Positions 8,760 through 17,113 of a DNA stretch of 27,247 nucleotides are shown piece by piece. The position numbers and the translations under genes were made by a program. The stretch covers positions 1-27,247 of the forward strand of contig JBEKHC010000070.1 of the NCBI GenBank assembly GCA_050012475.1. Reading direction: 5' to 3'. Each line of letters begins with the position of its first letter. Positions within the stretch are counted from its first letter, which is position 1. The notes under the pieces are model-generated. The model saw only the letters and a program-made list of their open reading frames with translations. It did not search any database and was not told where the DNA came from. The DNA is from Candidatus Velthaea sp. (GTDB lineage: Bacteria > Vulcanimicrobiota > Vulcanimicrobiia > Vulcanimicrobiales > Vulcanimicrobiaceae).

Positions 8760-10400
8760 ATGGTGCCCAAGCAGCGGTCCGACACGACCGGGCCGGCGTG
8801 CGAGCTGGATACGCTCGACGACGGCTCGCTCGATGCGTTTCTGGCGACGCTGCTGAGCGCCGACCCAGCGCCGATCGTGCTGGCCTATCGCGAAACCGGC
8901 CTGTGCGTGCCGGTGCCGGCCGAAGTTCCGATCGCGCCGTGGCAGCGCGCCAAGGGCGTCGTCTCGGCCCTCGAGTTGTGTATCCCCGCCGACCTTCCGT
9001 TCGTGGTCGCGGCGTGGGACCGCGTGCGCGAGCGGCGCATCGCGCAAGTTTCGGTCCATCCGCTCGAGCACCCCGAACAGAACGTGACGCTGCACCTCGT
9101 GGATGCGCGGCATCGCTACGGCGTGTACCTCGGCATCCTGTCCGGCTTACCGGCATCGATCGGCGGCCCGACGGCACAACGGCCCGTTCTGCGCGCCAAA
9201 GTTTGCACGCTGGAACGCGATCAATTCTCGGCGGTTCGCGCGCTGAGTCCAACCGTGACGGAGATCTTGGGCTGGACCGCGGACGACTTGATCGGCAAAC
9301 GGACGCTGGATCTCACGCATCCCGACGATCGGCGGGCCGCTGTTTCGAGTTGGCTGGAAACCCTGACGCGGCCGGGCAACGGCCCGCGCTCGCTGACGCG
9401 CTATCGGGACCGTGACGGGCAGTACATCTGGTTTGAGGTGACGCATGCGAATCTGCTCGCCGATCCCGCCCGCGCTTGCGTGGTCAGCGAAATGGTCGAT
9501 GTTTCCGAGCGCATGGCGGCCGTCGAAGCGTTGCGCGCGAGCGAAAAACTGCTGCGCCGGGTGACCGAATCGTTGCCGCTCGGAATCATCCAGATCGACG
9601 CGGGGCGACGGATCGTTTATCGCAACGAACGTCTGCTGCGCATTCTCGGGCAAACCGATGCCGCGACACTCGACGATGCCTTCCTGCGCGTCGCTGCGCC
9701 CGATCGCGGGCGCATCGATGCCGCACTGAGCGAGATACTCGGCGGCGGCGAACCGCCCGACCTCGAGTTGACGATCGACCATCCCGGCGGGCCGCGCCGG
9801 TGCAGCATAACGCTGCGCGGGCTGGGGCCGCCCGACGGCGCCGCGACCGGAGCGATCGTTTCCGTTACCGATGTCACCGAACGTTCGCGCCTGCGCGAAG
9901 AACTCGAGCGGCGGGCGCATCACGACGATCTCACCCATTGCCACAACCGCGCCTCGATCCTGGAAATACTCGAACGCGCCATGCATTCACCGCGCGCGGG
10001 CGGCGGCTTGGCGGTCGTTTTCGTCGACCTCGATCGCTTCAAGCAGATCAATGACCGCCACGGCCACGCCGCCGGCGATACCTTGCTTCAGCTCACGGGA
10101 CAGCGGCTGATGCATTGCGTGCGCGGCGACGACATCGTCGGACGTTTGGGCGGCGACGAGTTCTTGGTGGTATGTCCGAACCTCGACACGCCGGAGCTCG
10201 CGCTCGCGCTGGCGCAGCGCATCGCGGCCGCGCTGGCGGAACCGGCGACGCTGGGCGCCATCGCGATCGTTCCCAGCGCCAGCATCGGTGTCGCCTGGAC
10301 GAAAAGTGCGCTCGATGCCGATACGATCGTCGCCCGCGCCGACGAGGCGATGTACAAGTCGAAACGCAGGCACGCCGGCCCGGTTCTGATCGCGCGATAG
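8760..10400 (+). CDS. PAS-PAS-GGDEF diguanylate cyclase
   Basis: PAS motifs (LGWTADDLIGK, HPDDR, RDGQYIWFE), then HDDLT, FVDLDRFKQINDRHGHAAGD and an intact GGDEF. The RxxD I-site (RGDD) lies five residues upstream of GGDEF. Confidence 0.95.
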   Translation: MVPKQRSDTTGPACELDTLDDGSLDAFLATLLSADPAPIVLAYRETGLCVPVPAEVPIAPWQRAKGVVSALELCIPADLPFVVAAWDRVRERRIAQVSVHPLEHPEQNVTLHLVDARHRYGVYLGILSGLPASIGGPTAQRPVLRAKVCTLERDQFSAVRALSPTVTEILGWTADDLIGKRTLDLTHPDDRRAAVSSWLETLTRPGNGPRSLTRYRDRDGQYIWFEVTHANLLADPARACVVSEMVDVSERMAAVEALRASEKLLRRVTESLPLGIIQIDAGRRIVYRNERLLRILGQTDAATLDDAFLRVAAPDRGRIDAALSEILGGGEPPDLELTIDHPGGPRRCSITLRGLGPPDGAATGAIVSVTDVTERSRLREELERRAHHDDLTHCHNRASILEILERAMHSPRAGGGLAVVFVDLDRFKQINDRHGHAAGDTLLQLTGQRLMHCVRGDDIVGRLGGDEFLVVCPNLDTPELALALAQRIAAALAEPATLGAIAIVPSASIGVAWTKSALDADTIVARADEAMYKSKRRHAGPVLIAR

Positions 10401-10453
10401 ACGCCGGTCGAAGGACCGGTAAACTTTCCGTCTGCCGCGAAGACCGCCGCCGG

Positions 10454-10885
10454 ATGACGAACGATCAGATCGAGTGCCGCGCCATGGGCGGACCGGAGCG
10501 CTTCGACGCGCTGCGTCTCATGCAAACGTTCCGCGGCGACGAGCATCGCTTGAGCGATGCGCTCAAGCTGTTCGTGGAACGCGAAGATTACGGATTCGTT
10601 TGGCTCGCGTATCGCGAAGATGCGGCCGTCGGCTGCGCATCGGTAGGATATACGATTTCGACGGACGCCGGCGGCCTCGTGGCGGTGGTGCGCGACTTGT
10701 ACGTCGTCCCCGCGGCGCGGCGCAGCGGCGTCGCGACCGCACTGCTCGCCGCGCTCGGAACACGCCTCGCGGCGCTCGACGTGACGCGGTTCGAACTCGC
10801 GGCGGCAGGCGATCCCGGCCTGCTGGCGTTTGCCTCGGCGCGCGGCTTCACGCTGACGGCGGGCTTGTTCGCGGCGCGCCGATAA
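10454..10885 (+). CDS. GNAT family N-acetyltransferase
   Basis: Motif A DLYVVPAARRSGVATALL, and F..ARGF near the C-terminus. ATG 10454 is in frame with ORF 10115..10885. Confidence 0.85.
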   Translation: MTNDQIECRAMGGPERFDALRLMQTFRGDEHRLSDALKLFVEREDYGFVWLAYREDAAVGCASVGYTISTDAGGLVAVVRDLYVVPAARRSGVATALLAALGTRLAALDVTRFELAAAGDPGLLAFASARGFTLTAGLFAARR

Positions 10886-11753
10886 CCGCGGCAAGCCGTC
10901 CGTGCGCGGCGCCCAGTGCGGCGTCGGCGGACGCGCGGTCGCACCGCAAATGCGCCATTGCTACCGCGGTTTTGACCCGGCCGCCGGCAGCCTGCAAAAG
11001 CTCCGCAGCATCGGCGGGTCCGCACAACTCGCGCACCAGGCGCAACGCGCGCTCGCGCAGTTTGGCGTTGGTTGCGACCACGTCGATCATCCGGTTGCCG
11101 TACGTTTTTCCGAGCCGAATCATCGCGCCGGTCGAAATCGCGTTGAGCGCGATCTTCTGCGCGGTTCCGGCTTTCATGCGGGTCGAACCGGCGATGGGTT
11201 CGGGGCCGGTGGCAAGCACGATCCCGATCTGCGCTCCGTTCGCAAGCGGCGAGCCGGCCGCGTTGACGATCGCGATCGTCAGCGCCCCGCGCCCTCGCGC
11301 CCCCTCGAGCGCTGCGCACACGAACGGCGCGCCGCCCGACGCCGACACCCCGATGACGACGTCGCCGGCGCCGGCGTCGGCAATCGCGGCCGCACCGGCC
11401 GCAGCGTCGTCTTCCGCGCCTTCGACCGCCGTGCGCAGCGCAGCGTCGCCACCGGCGATTCGCGCTTGCACCAAGCCCGGATCGACACCGAACGTCGGCG
11501 GCAATTCGGCCGCATCGAGCACGGCAAGCCGGCCGCTCGTCCCCGCGCCCAGTACGAAGACCCGCCGTCCCGATCCCAGCGCCGCCGCGACGGCATCGAT
11601 CGCGCGCGCCAGGTCAGGCGCTGCGGCAGCGGCGGCATCAACCGCGGTGCGCTGGCCGTCGACGAGCAGACGCGCCAAATCCACGCTGGGGAGTTCGTCG
11701 ATCGCCGCCGTCTGCGGATCGGCCGCTTCCGTCGCCGGCAGCGGACCGTTCAC
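10848..11753 (-). CDS. murQ: N-acetylmuramic acid 6-phosphate etherase
   Basis: Motifs GAGTSGRLAVLDAAELPPTFG, EGAED, GPEPIAGSTRMKAGTAQK and GNRMIDV..TNAKLRERA. Confidence 0.96.
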   Translation of the reverse strand: MNGPLPATEAADPQTAAIDELPSVDLARLLVDGQRTAVDAAAAAAPDLARAIDAVAAALGSGRRVFVLGAGTSGRLAVLDAAELPPTFGVDPGLVQARIAGGDAALRTAVEGAEDDAAAGAAAIADAGAGDVVIGVSASGGAPFVCAALEGARGRGALTIAIVNAAGSPLANGAQIGIVLATGPEPIAGSTRMKAGTAQKIALNAISTGAMIRLGKTYGNRMIDVVATNAKLRERALRLVRELCGPADAAELLQAAGGRVKTAVAMAHLRCDRASADAALGAAHGRLAAVIGAPRTSPPSA

Positions 11754-12655
11754 GCCGGAGCGCCGGCAGCTTCAGCTAAGCGCAGCGCGCCGCGCACCGG
11801 TTCGAATCCGCCGCGAACGATCTCCGAACCGGTGAAATCGCCGGTGATGCGGGTCTCGAGCAAAAACGTCAGCAGGCTGTTTTCCCGCAGCAAACCGCCG
11901 GCAAGCGCGATCGGCGGTGACGCTCCGGTGAGCTTGGCGAGGCGCAGCGCCGCATTGATGAGGTCACCCAAATCGCGCGCCGCGTCCTGCACGATCTTGG
12001 TCGACGTCCGATTCCCTTTTCCGGCAAAGGCGACGATGCTGGGCGCCAGCGCCGCGATCGCCGCCGGATCGAGCTGGCGATCGTAGATCGCCGTGTGCAG
12101 CGCTGCGCGGTCGGGCGCGCGCAACGCCCGCGCCACCAGATCGCTGGTCTCATCCGGCGCCGCCCGGCCGTCGAGCACGCGCGAGTACAAACGGACCGCC
12201 GCCATGCCGACCGCGAACGCCGATCCCTCATCGCCCAGCAGATGGCCGTGGCCGCCGACGAGCACGCTTCCGTCCGCGTGTTCGGCATAGGCGACCGAAC
12301 CGGTACCGGCGATGAGGATGACGCCCGGTCCCGATGCGATCGCGCCGCGCAGCGCGATCGACGCGTCGTCGCTCACAACGACCCGGGCAGCGGGAAACGC
12401 CCGCGCGATGGCGGCTTTCAGTTCGCGCGCGACCTCCGGCCGGCCGGCGCCCGCGACACCGGCGTGCACGCTGTCCGGCTCGTCGATGCCCAGCGCCGCG
12501 CGCATCGTCGCGACGATCGTCGCCGCCGACGCCGCGACGCCGGCCGTCGTCGCGTTGGCGGCCGGCCCGCTCGCCTCGCCCACCGCGGTGCCGTTGCGGG
12601 AAACGGCCGCGACCGTCGCGGTTCCGCCGGCATCGATCCCGATTGCGATCATCAT
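11750..12655 (-). CDS. BadF/BadG/BcrA/BcrD-family N-acetylglucosamine/N-acetylmuramate kinase (MurK-like)
   Basis: Motifs GIDAGGTAT, LIAGTGSVA, GGHGHLLGDEGS and LAGGLL. Located between anmK and murQ with 4-nt overlaps. Confidence 0.88.
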   Translation of the reverse strand: MMIAIGIDAGGTATVAAVSRNGTAVGEASGPAANATTAGVAASAATIVATMRAALGIDEPDSVHAGVAGAGRPEVARELKAAIARAFPAARVVVSDDASIALRGAIASGPGVILIAGTGSVAYAEHADGSVLVGGHGHLLGDEGSAFAVGMAAVRLYSRVLDGRAAPDETSDLVARALRAPDRAALHTAIYDRQLDPAAIAALAPSIVAFAGKGNRTSTKIVQDAARDLGDLINAALRLAKLTGASPPIALAGGLLRENSLLTFLLETRITGDFTGSEIVRGGFEPVRGALRLAEAAGAPA

Positions 12656-13785
12656 TCCTCCTCGCGGCGAATCGCCGCCGCCAGCTCCGCCAATCCGTCG
12701 GGCGCGAGCGCGCCGAGCAGGCGCGGGCCGCGCGCACCGGTTACCTTCGGCACGTTGGTCGGACGTCCGCGCACCAGCTCGTAGGCCAGCAGCGCGAACA
12801 GCACCGCTTCTTTCGCGTCGGGATCCAGTCCAAACGCGGCGCTCGTCGCGACCTCCATTCCCGGAAGCGCCGCCCGCAGCCCGGTGAGCAGCGCGGCGTT
12901 ATGCACGCCGCCGCCGCTAACGACGAGCGTGGCGGTGGCCGGCGCAAAGCGCCGGACGGCGCCGGCCACGGTCTGCACGCACAGCGCCGTCAGCGTCGCG
13001 ACGGCATCTGCGGCCGGCAACGCGTCGAGTTCGGTCCGGTGCGCGGCGATGAACGGCGCGCCGAAGGCTTCGCGTCCGGCCGACTTCGGCGGCGGCGCGG
13101 CGAAATACGGATCGGCCAGCCAGCGTGCGAGCAACGCGCGGTCGACCGTGCCGCTCAGTGCGAGCGCGCCGCCGGGATCGCAGCGTCCGTCGCCCAGCCC
13201 GCGCAGCGCGACGTAGGTGTCGATCGGTAAGTTCGCCGGCCCGCTGTCGAAGGCGACCGCGCTGTCGAGCCCCGCGCCGGCGCGCAGCACGCAGATGTTC
13301 GCGATGCCGCCAAGGTTGAGCGCGACCCGATCGGCATACGGATCGGCGAACAGGCGGTGATCGAGATAGGGCACGAGCGGCGCGCCGTGTCCGCCGGCCG
13401 CGCAATCGGCGGCGCGAAAGTCGAACGCGACCGTCGCTCCGATCTGCTCGCGTATCCGAAACGGGTCGCCGATCTGCAGCGTGCGCCGCGCCGCGCCGTC
13501 GTGGGCGAGCGTCAAGCCGTGACTGCCGGCGAGCGCCACCGGGAAGTCGTTCGCCACGTCCCGCAGCGCCGCGCCGAATGCCGTGCCGACGTCGGCGTGC
13601 AACGCCGAGAACGCGAGCGCGTCGAGCGTCGCGGGCGGATAAGCGGCGAGGATCCTCGCGCGCAGTTCGGGCGCGAAGCGGCGCGTTGCAAACGCCAGCA
13701 CCTTCAGGTGCGCTGGACCGATGTCGACGACGGCCACGTCGATGCCGTCCAGCGAGGTTCCCGACAGCACGCCGGCGACGATCAT
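12652..13785 (-). CDS. anmK: Anhydro-N-acetylmuramic acid kinase
   Basis: Motifs GVLSGTSLDGID, SHGLT, DFRAADCAAGGHGAPLVP, LNLGGIAN, FDSGPAN, PPKSAGRE, SGGGVHN and KEAVLFALL. The real start is ATG 13785, which overlaps the upstream stop. Confidence 0.96.
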   Translation of the reverse strand: MIVAGVLSGTSLDGIDVAVVDIGPAHLKVLAFATRRFAPELRARILAAYPPATLDALAFSALHADVGTAFGAALRDVANDFPVALAGSHGLTLAHDGAARRTLQIGDPFRIREQIGATVAFDFRAADCAAGGHGAPLVPYLDHRLFADPYADRVALNLGGIANICVLRAGAGLDSAVAFDSGPANLPIDTYVALRGLGDGRCDPGGALALSGTVDRALLARWLADPYFAAPPPKSAGREAFGAPFIAAHRTELDALPAADAVATLTALCVQTVAGAVRRFAPATATLVVSGGGVHNAALLTGLRAALPGMEVATSAAFGLDPDAKEAVLFALLAYELVRGRPTNVPKVTGARGPRLLGALAPDGLAELAAAIRREEE

Positions 13786-14822
13786 GCGCGGTCGAGTTCG
13801 GCGATCGCGGCATCGCAAACCGCGGCGCGGCGCGCGCGCAGATCGGCGCGGCCGTAATGCACGGCGTTGGTCAGCAGCACGACGCCCGCATCGCGCTCGG
13901 GATCGAGCCAGAGCGACGTTCCGGTGAATCCGGTATGGCCGAAGGCGCTGCGGGAGATGCGCACGCCGCACGAGTTCTCGTCGGTCGTCCGCAGCGCCCA
14001 CCCCAAACCGCGCCGCAGCACGGGATCGAACGCAGCCTCGCTCACGGCGGCGCGCGCCAACGCCGGCGGAAGCGGCGACGGGCGCCCGCGCAGCGCGGCC
14101 AGATACCATTCGCCGGCGCGCGCGACGTCGGCGACATCGGCGAACAAGCCGGCGTGGCCGGCAACACCGTTCATCAAGAACGCTTTTTCATCGTGAACCG
14201 CGCCCTGCACCAAACCGCGCCAGCGCTCGCGTTCGGTCGCGGCAACCCGCCGCCGCTCGGCGGACGGCACCGCATAGCTCGTCCGGCGCGCGCCGTACGC
14301 CTGCAGCGTGGACTCGACGAGATGCGCGAGGCTCGTGCCCGAGCAGCGCGCGAGCACGACGCCCAGTGCGATGAACCCGAGGTCGCTGTAGACCACGCCG
14401 GCACCGGGCACGCCAACGAGCGGTTCGCGCAGCGCGAACATCTCGACGTTGCAGTCGAAGAGCGTGCGATAGTCCGCACCCGAGCGCAAGCCCGCGACGT
14501 GCGCGAGCAGCATGCGCAGCGTGATCGGCGCGTGCGGCGTTTCGCGCCATTCCGTGATGGGACCGGTGAGCGGCGCATCGAGGTCGAGCCGGCCGGCGCC
14601 GACGAGTCCCAGCGCGACGGTCGACACGAAGATCTTCGTCAGCGAGGCCACGTCGAAGCGCGTGTCCGCAAAGACCGGCGGCGCGTCGGGCTCGGAACGA
14701 AGCGACCCGTACGCGCGCACGAACCGCGGTTTGCCGCCCGCATCGATGCGCACGACCGCCGCACTGTACTGCACGCCGAGCCCCGCGCGAACGAGCGCGT
14801 CGACTTCAGCGAACGGCGACGT
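13782..14822 (-). CDS. Beta-lactamase-family serine hydrolase, probable AmiE-like N-acetylmuramyl-L-alanine amidase
   Basis: SxxK (FDVASLTK), YSDLGF, HDEKA, GHAGLF and GHTGFTG, in a nagZ/anmK context. The start is uncertain: ACG at 14822 or GTG at 14774. Confidence 0.8.
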   Translation of the reverse strand, partial: TSPFAEVDALVRAGLGVQYSAAVVRIDAGGKPRFVRAYGSLRSEPDAPPVFADTRFDVASLTKIFVSTVALGLVGAGRLDLDAPLTGPITEWRETPHAPITLRMLLAHVAGLRSGADYRTLFDCNVEMFALREPLVGVPGAGVVYSDLGFIALGVVLARCSGTSLAHLVESTLQAYGARRTSYAVPSAERRRVAATERERWRGLVQGAVHDEKAFLMNGVAGHAGLFADVADVARAGEWYLAALRGRPSPLPPALARAAVSEAAFDPVLRRGLGWALRTTDENSCGVRISRSAFGHTGFTGTSLWLDPERDAGVVLLTNAVHYGRADLRARRAAVCDAAIAELDRA

Positions 14823-16359
14823 TGCGATCGAGCGACACCGGCAGCTGCCCGGCGGCGGGAACGCGGGCCGACAACACGTCGGCGCAGCCTTCGAGCGAGA
14901 GTGGTTCGTCACCGTAGATGCACGCGACGTTATGCGCGCCGGCAAACAGCGCGGCGTCGTACGGCTCGCGCGCGGAGACGACGATCGCAGCCGGCACGCA
15001 GGCGAGGATGCGTTCGATCGCGGCCCGCTGCGCCGCGTAGAGATGCGCGCGCCGGATGACGAGCACGAAGTTGCGGTCGCCCAATGTCGGCAAATGCGCG
15101 AGCAACACGTCGATGTCACCGGCATCGGGCTCGAGCGCGACGCGCATGAGCTCGCTCTTCCAGCGCCGCGCACGCAGCGCCGCGCTCAACGACGGCGTGG
15201 CCGAGCGCGAGCCCGCAGCACCGTCGGCGATCGTTCCTTCGAACGAGATCACGCTCACCGGTTTGCCGGCTTGCAGCCGGACGTCGCCGCGCACGACGGT
15301 CACGGCGCGGCGCGCAGCGTCCAGCGGCAGCTGCGCGTCGAGTACGTCTGCTGACGGCGCCGGTTCGGCATAACGCTCGCGCAAACGCCGCACGCGGGCG
15401 GCCGCCGACTGCAGCCGTGCCGGCGGGAGTTCGCCGCGTTCGATCGCCGCCGCGATCGCCTCGGCTGCAGCCGACGCGCGCTCGAGGTGATGGCTGACCA
15501 GCAACAGATCGGCGCCGGCGGCGAGCGCGCGCACCGCGCCGGCCGTCGTTCCAACCGTCGCGGCGATGGCGTCCATCTCCAAACAATCCGTCGCGATCGC
15601 CCCGTCAAACCCGAGTTCGTCGCGCAGCAGGCCGCTCAGTATCCGCGGCGACAACGTCGCCGGCTCCGCCGCATCGAACGCTTCGATCACGATATGCGCG
15701 CTCATTACGATCGACGCCGCGCCGCTCGCGATCGCCGCCGCAAACGGAACCAGATCGCGGGCGCGCAGCGTCGCCGCATCGACGTTCACGCGCGGCAGCG
15801 CCAAATGCGAATCCACCGCGGTCGCGCCGTGACCGGGAAAATGCTTGAGCGCCGCGGCAACGCCGCCGGCTTCGAGTCCGCGCGCAAACGCCGCGCAGCG
15901 CGCCGCGACGGCGCGCGGAGCGTCGCCGAAACTGCGCGTGCCGATCACCGTATTACGGGCGTCGAGCGCAAGATCGGCGCACGGCGCGAAGTCGACGCTG
16001 ACACCCAGCCGCGCGAGATCGCGGCCGAGCAGCGTCCCCGCGCGCTCGCAGCTCGCAGCGTCGCCCGCTGCGGCCAGCGCCATCGCGGCGGGTAATTGCG
16101 CCACCAGCGCGGGATCGGTGATCCGCGCGACGCGGCCGCCTTCTTGATCGATCGCGATCAGCGGCGCGATGTCGCCGCACGCGCGCAGCGCAGCGATCGC
16201 CGCCCGCAGTTCGCTCGCCGTGCCGACATTGCGCGCGAAGAGGATGACGCCGCCGGGCGCAAACGCGTGCAGCGCCGCAAGCGGCATCGCCGCCGCCGTC
16301 GTACCGGAAAACCCGACGCAGAAAATGCTGCGTGCGAGGGCGGCGAGCTCAGCCGCCAT
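14806..16359 (-). CDS. nagZ: GH3 beta-N-acetylglucosaminidase, two-domain type
   Basis: Motifs GGVILFARN, IDQEGGRV, IGTRSFG, the NagZ signature KHFPGHGATAVDSH, and TDCLEM. A C-terminal alpha/beta domain is present and there is no signal peptide. Confidence 0.93.
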   Translation of the reverse strand: MAAELAALARSIFCVGFSGTTAAAMPLAALHAFAPGGVILFARNVGTASELRAAIAALRACGDIAPLIAIDQEGGRVARITDPALVAQLPAAMALAAAGDAASCERAGTLLGRDLARLGVSVDFAPCADLALDARNTVIGTRSFGDAPRAVAARCAAFARGLEAGGVAAALKHFPGHGATAVDSHLALPRVNVDAATLRARDLVPFAAAIASGAASIVMSAHIVIEAFDAAEPATLSPRILSGLLRDELGFDGAIATDCLEMDAIAATVGTTAGAVRALAAGADLLLVSHHLERASAAAEAIAAAIERGELPPARLQSAAARVRRLRERYAEPAPSADVLDAQLPLDAARRAVTVVRGDVRLQAGKPVSVISFEGTIADGAAGSRSATPSLSAALRARRWKSELMRVALEPDAGDIDVLLAHLPTLGDRNFVLVIRRAHLYAAQRAAIERILACVPAAIVVSAREPYDAALFAGAHNVACIYGDEPLSLEGCADVLSARVPAAGQLPVSLDRNVAVR

Positions 16360-16364
16360 CGGCG

Positions 16365-16709
16365 TTAACGGAGGGTGATGATCTGGGCGATGAACTTGCC
16401 TGAAATTTGACTTGTATAGACCTCCACGACCATGCCCGGTTTGAGGTCGGTGAAGGCGTGATAGCCGGGATTGTTGGCTTGGATCTGCGTCGAGGGCATT
16501 ACGGCGATCTCCGTTTTGTTCACCACGATGAAATTACGCTGGAAATCGACATTGGTCAGCTTACCCGCGATGATGCCGCCGTCCCGGGCATGTTCGGCGG
16601 TCGCCGACGGCGCCGCGGTGGGCGCGGGCGTATCTTTCGGCCCGGCAACTGCGGGGGCCAAGAAGAGCAAACTGAGAAGGACTGCCGCACAAACGGAGCG
16701 CGCAAGCAT
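16365..16709 (-). CDS. Small exported protein with a beta-rich, OB-fold/DUF5666-like domain
   Basis: Signal peptide, a Pro/Thr/Ala linker, then IAGKLTNVD...TQI...DLKPGMVVEV...AQIITL. Its stop is 5 nt upstream of nagZ. Confidence 0.7.
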   Translation of the reverse strand: MLARSVCAAVLLSLLFLAPAVAGPKDTPAPTAAPSATAEHARDGGIIAGKLTNVDFQRNFIVVNKTEIAVMPSTQIQANNPGYHAFTDLKPGMVVEVYTSQISGKFIAQIITLR

Positions 16710-16715
16710 AGCGGA

Positions 16716-16721
16716 ATGCTA
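16716..16721 (-). promoter_or_regulatory. Candidate -10 element (TAGCAT) for a leaderless transcript of the recycling operon
   Basis: TANNNT 6 nt before ATG 16709, with no Shine-Dalgarno. Confidence 0.45.
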
Positions 16722-16734
16722 ACGCATGCGGCGC

Positions 16735-17109
16735 TCAAAACGTCGCAGCGTACGCCGCGCGCGCCGCCGCGGCCAGCGCCAGCGGGTCCGCGCGCAGTTC
16801 GCTCAAATCGCTTAGCGTGCCGGCGGCGTTCGCGAACGCCTGGGCTTGCGCGGCAGGGTCCGGCCGGCGGACGAGCGCAGCCAGGCCGCGCAGCCGGCGC
16901 ACCGCGTCGTCGTCGGGCCGCTGCCCGGCGATGACCAGGCGCAGCGCGATCAGCGCTTCGTCGGCGGCCCGTTCGCCGACGGCTTCGAGCGCACGGTAGA
17001 ACGGCAACGCCGCCGCCGCGGCAACCCGCTCGCGCAGCGCGGAGGCGATGGCCGCGCTCTTGGACGGCTCGCCGTCGAGAAGATAGCCGTCGATGGCATG
17101 GAACTGCAT
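16735..17109 (-). CDS. Hypothetical helical protein (124 aa)
   Basis: 3' part of ORF 16735..17196, starting at MQFHAIDGYLLDG. Protein-like composition; it fills the gap between neighbouring genes. Confidence 0.6.
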   Translation of the reverse strand: MQFHAIDGYLLDGEPSKSAAIASALRERVAAAAALPFYRALEAVGERAADEALIALRLVIAGQRPDDDAVRRLRGLAALVRRPDPAAQAQAFANAAGTLSDLSELRADPLALAAAARAAYAATF

Positions 17110-17113
17110 GCCG

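Noticed and set aside
13782..14822. Beta-lactam resistance gene
   Set aside because: No signal peptide, YSD rather than YxN, and the operon context favours a recycling hydrolase.
13786..15173. Long N-terminal extensions of anmK and the serine hydrolase in the ORF track
   Set aside because: They overlap the upstream real genes out of frame and have low-complexity translations.
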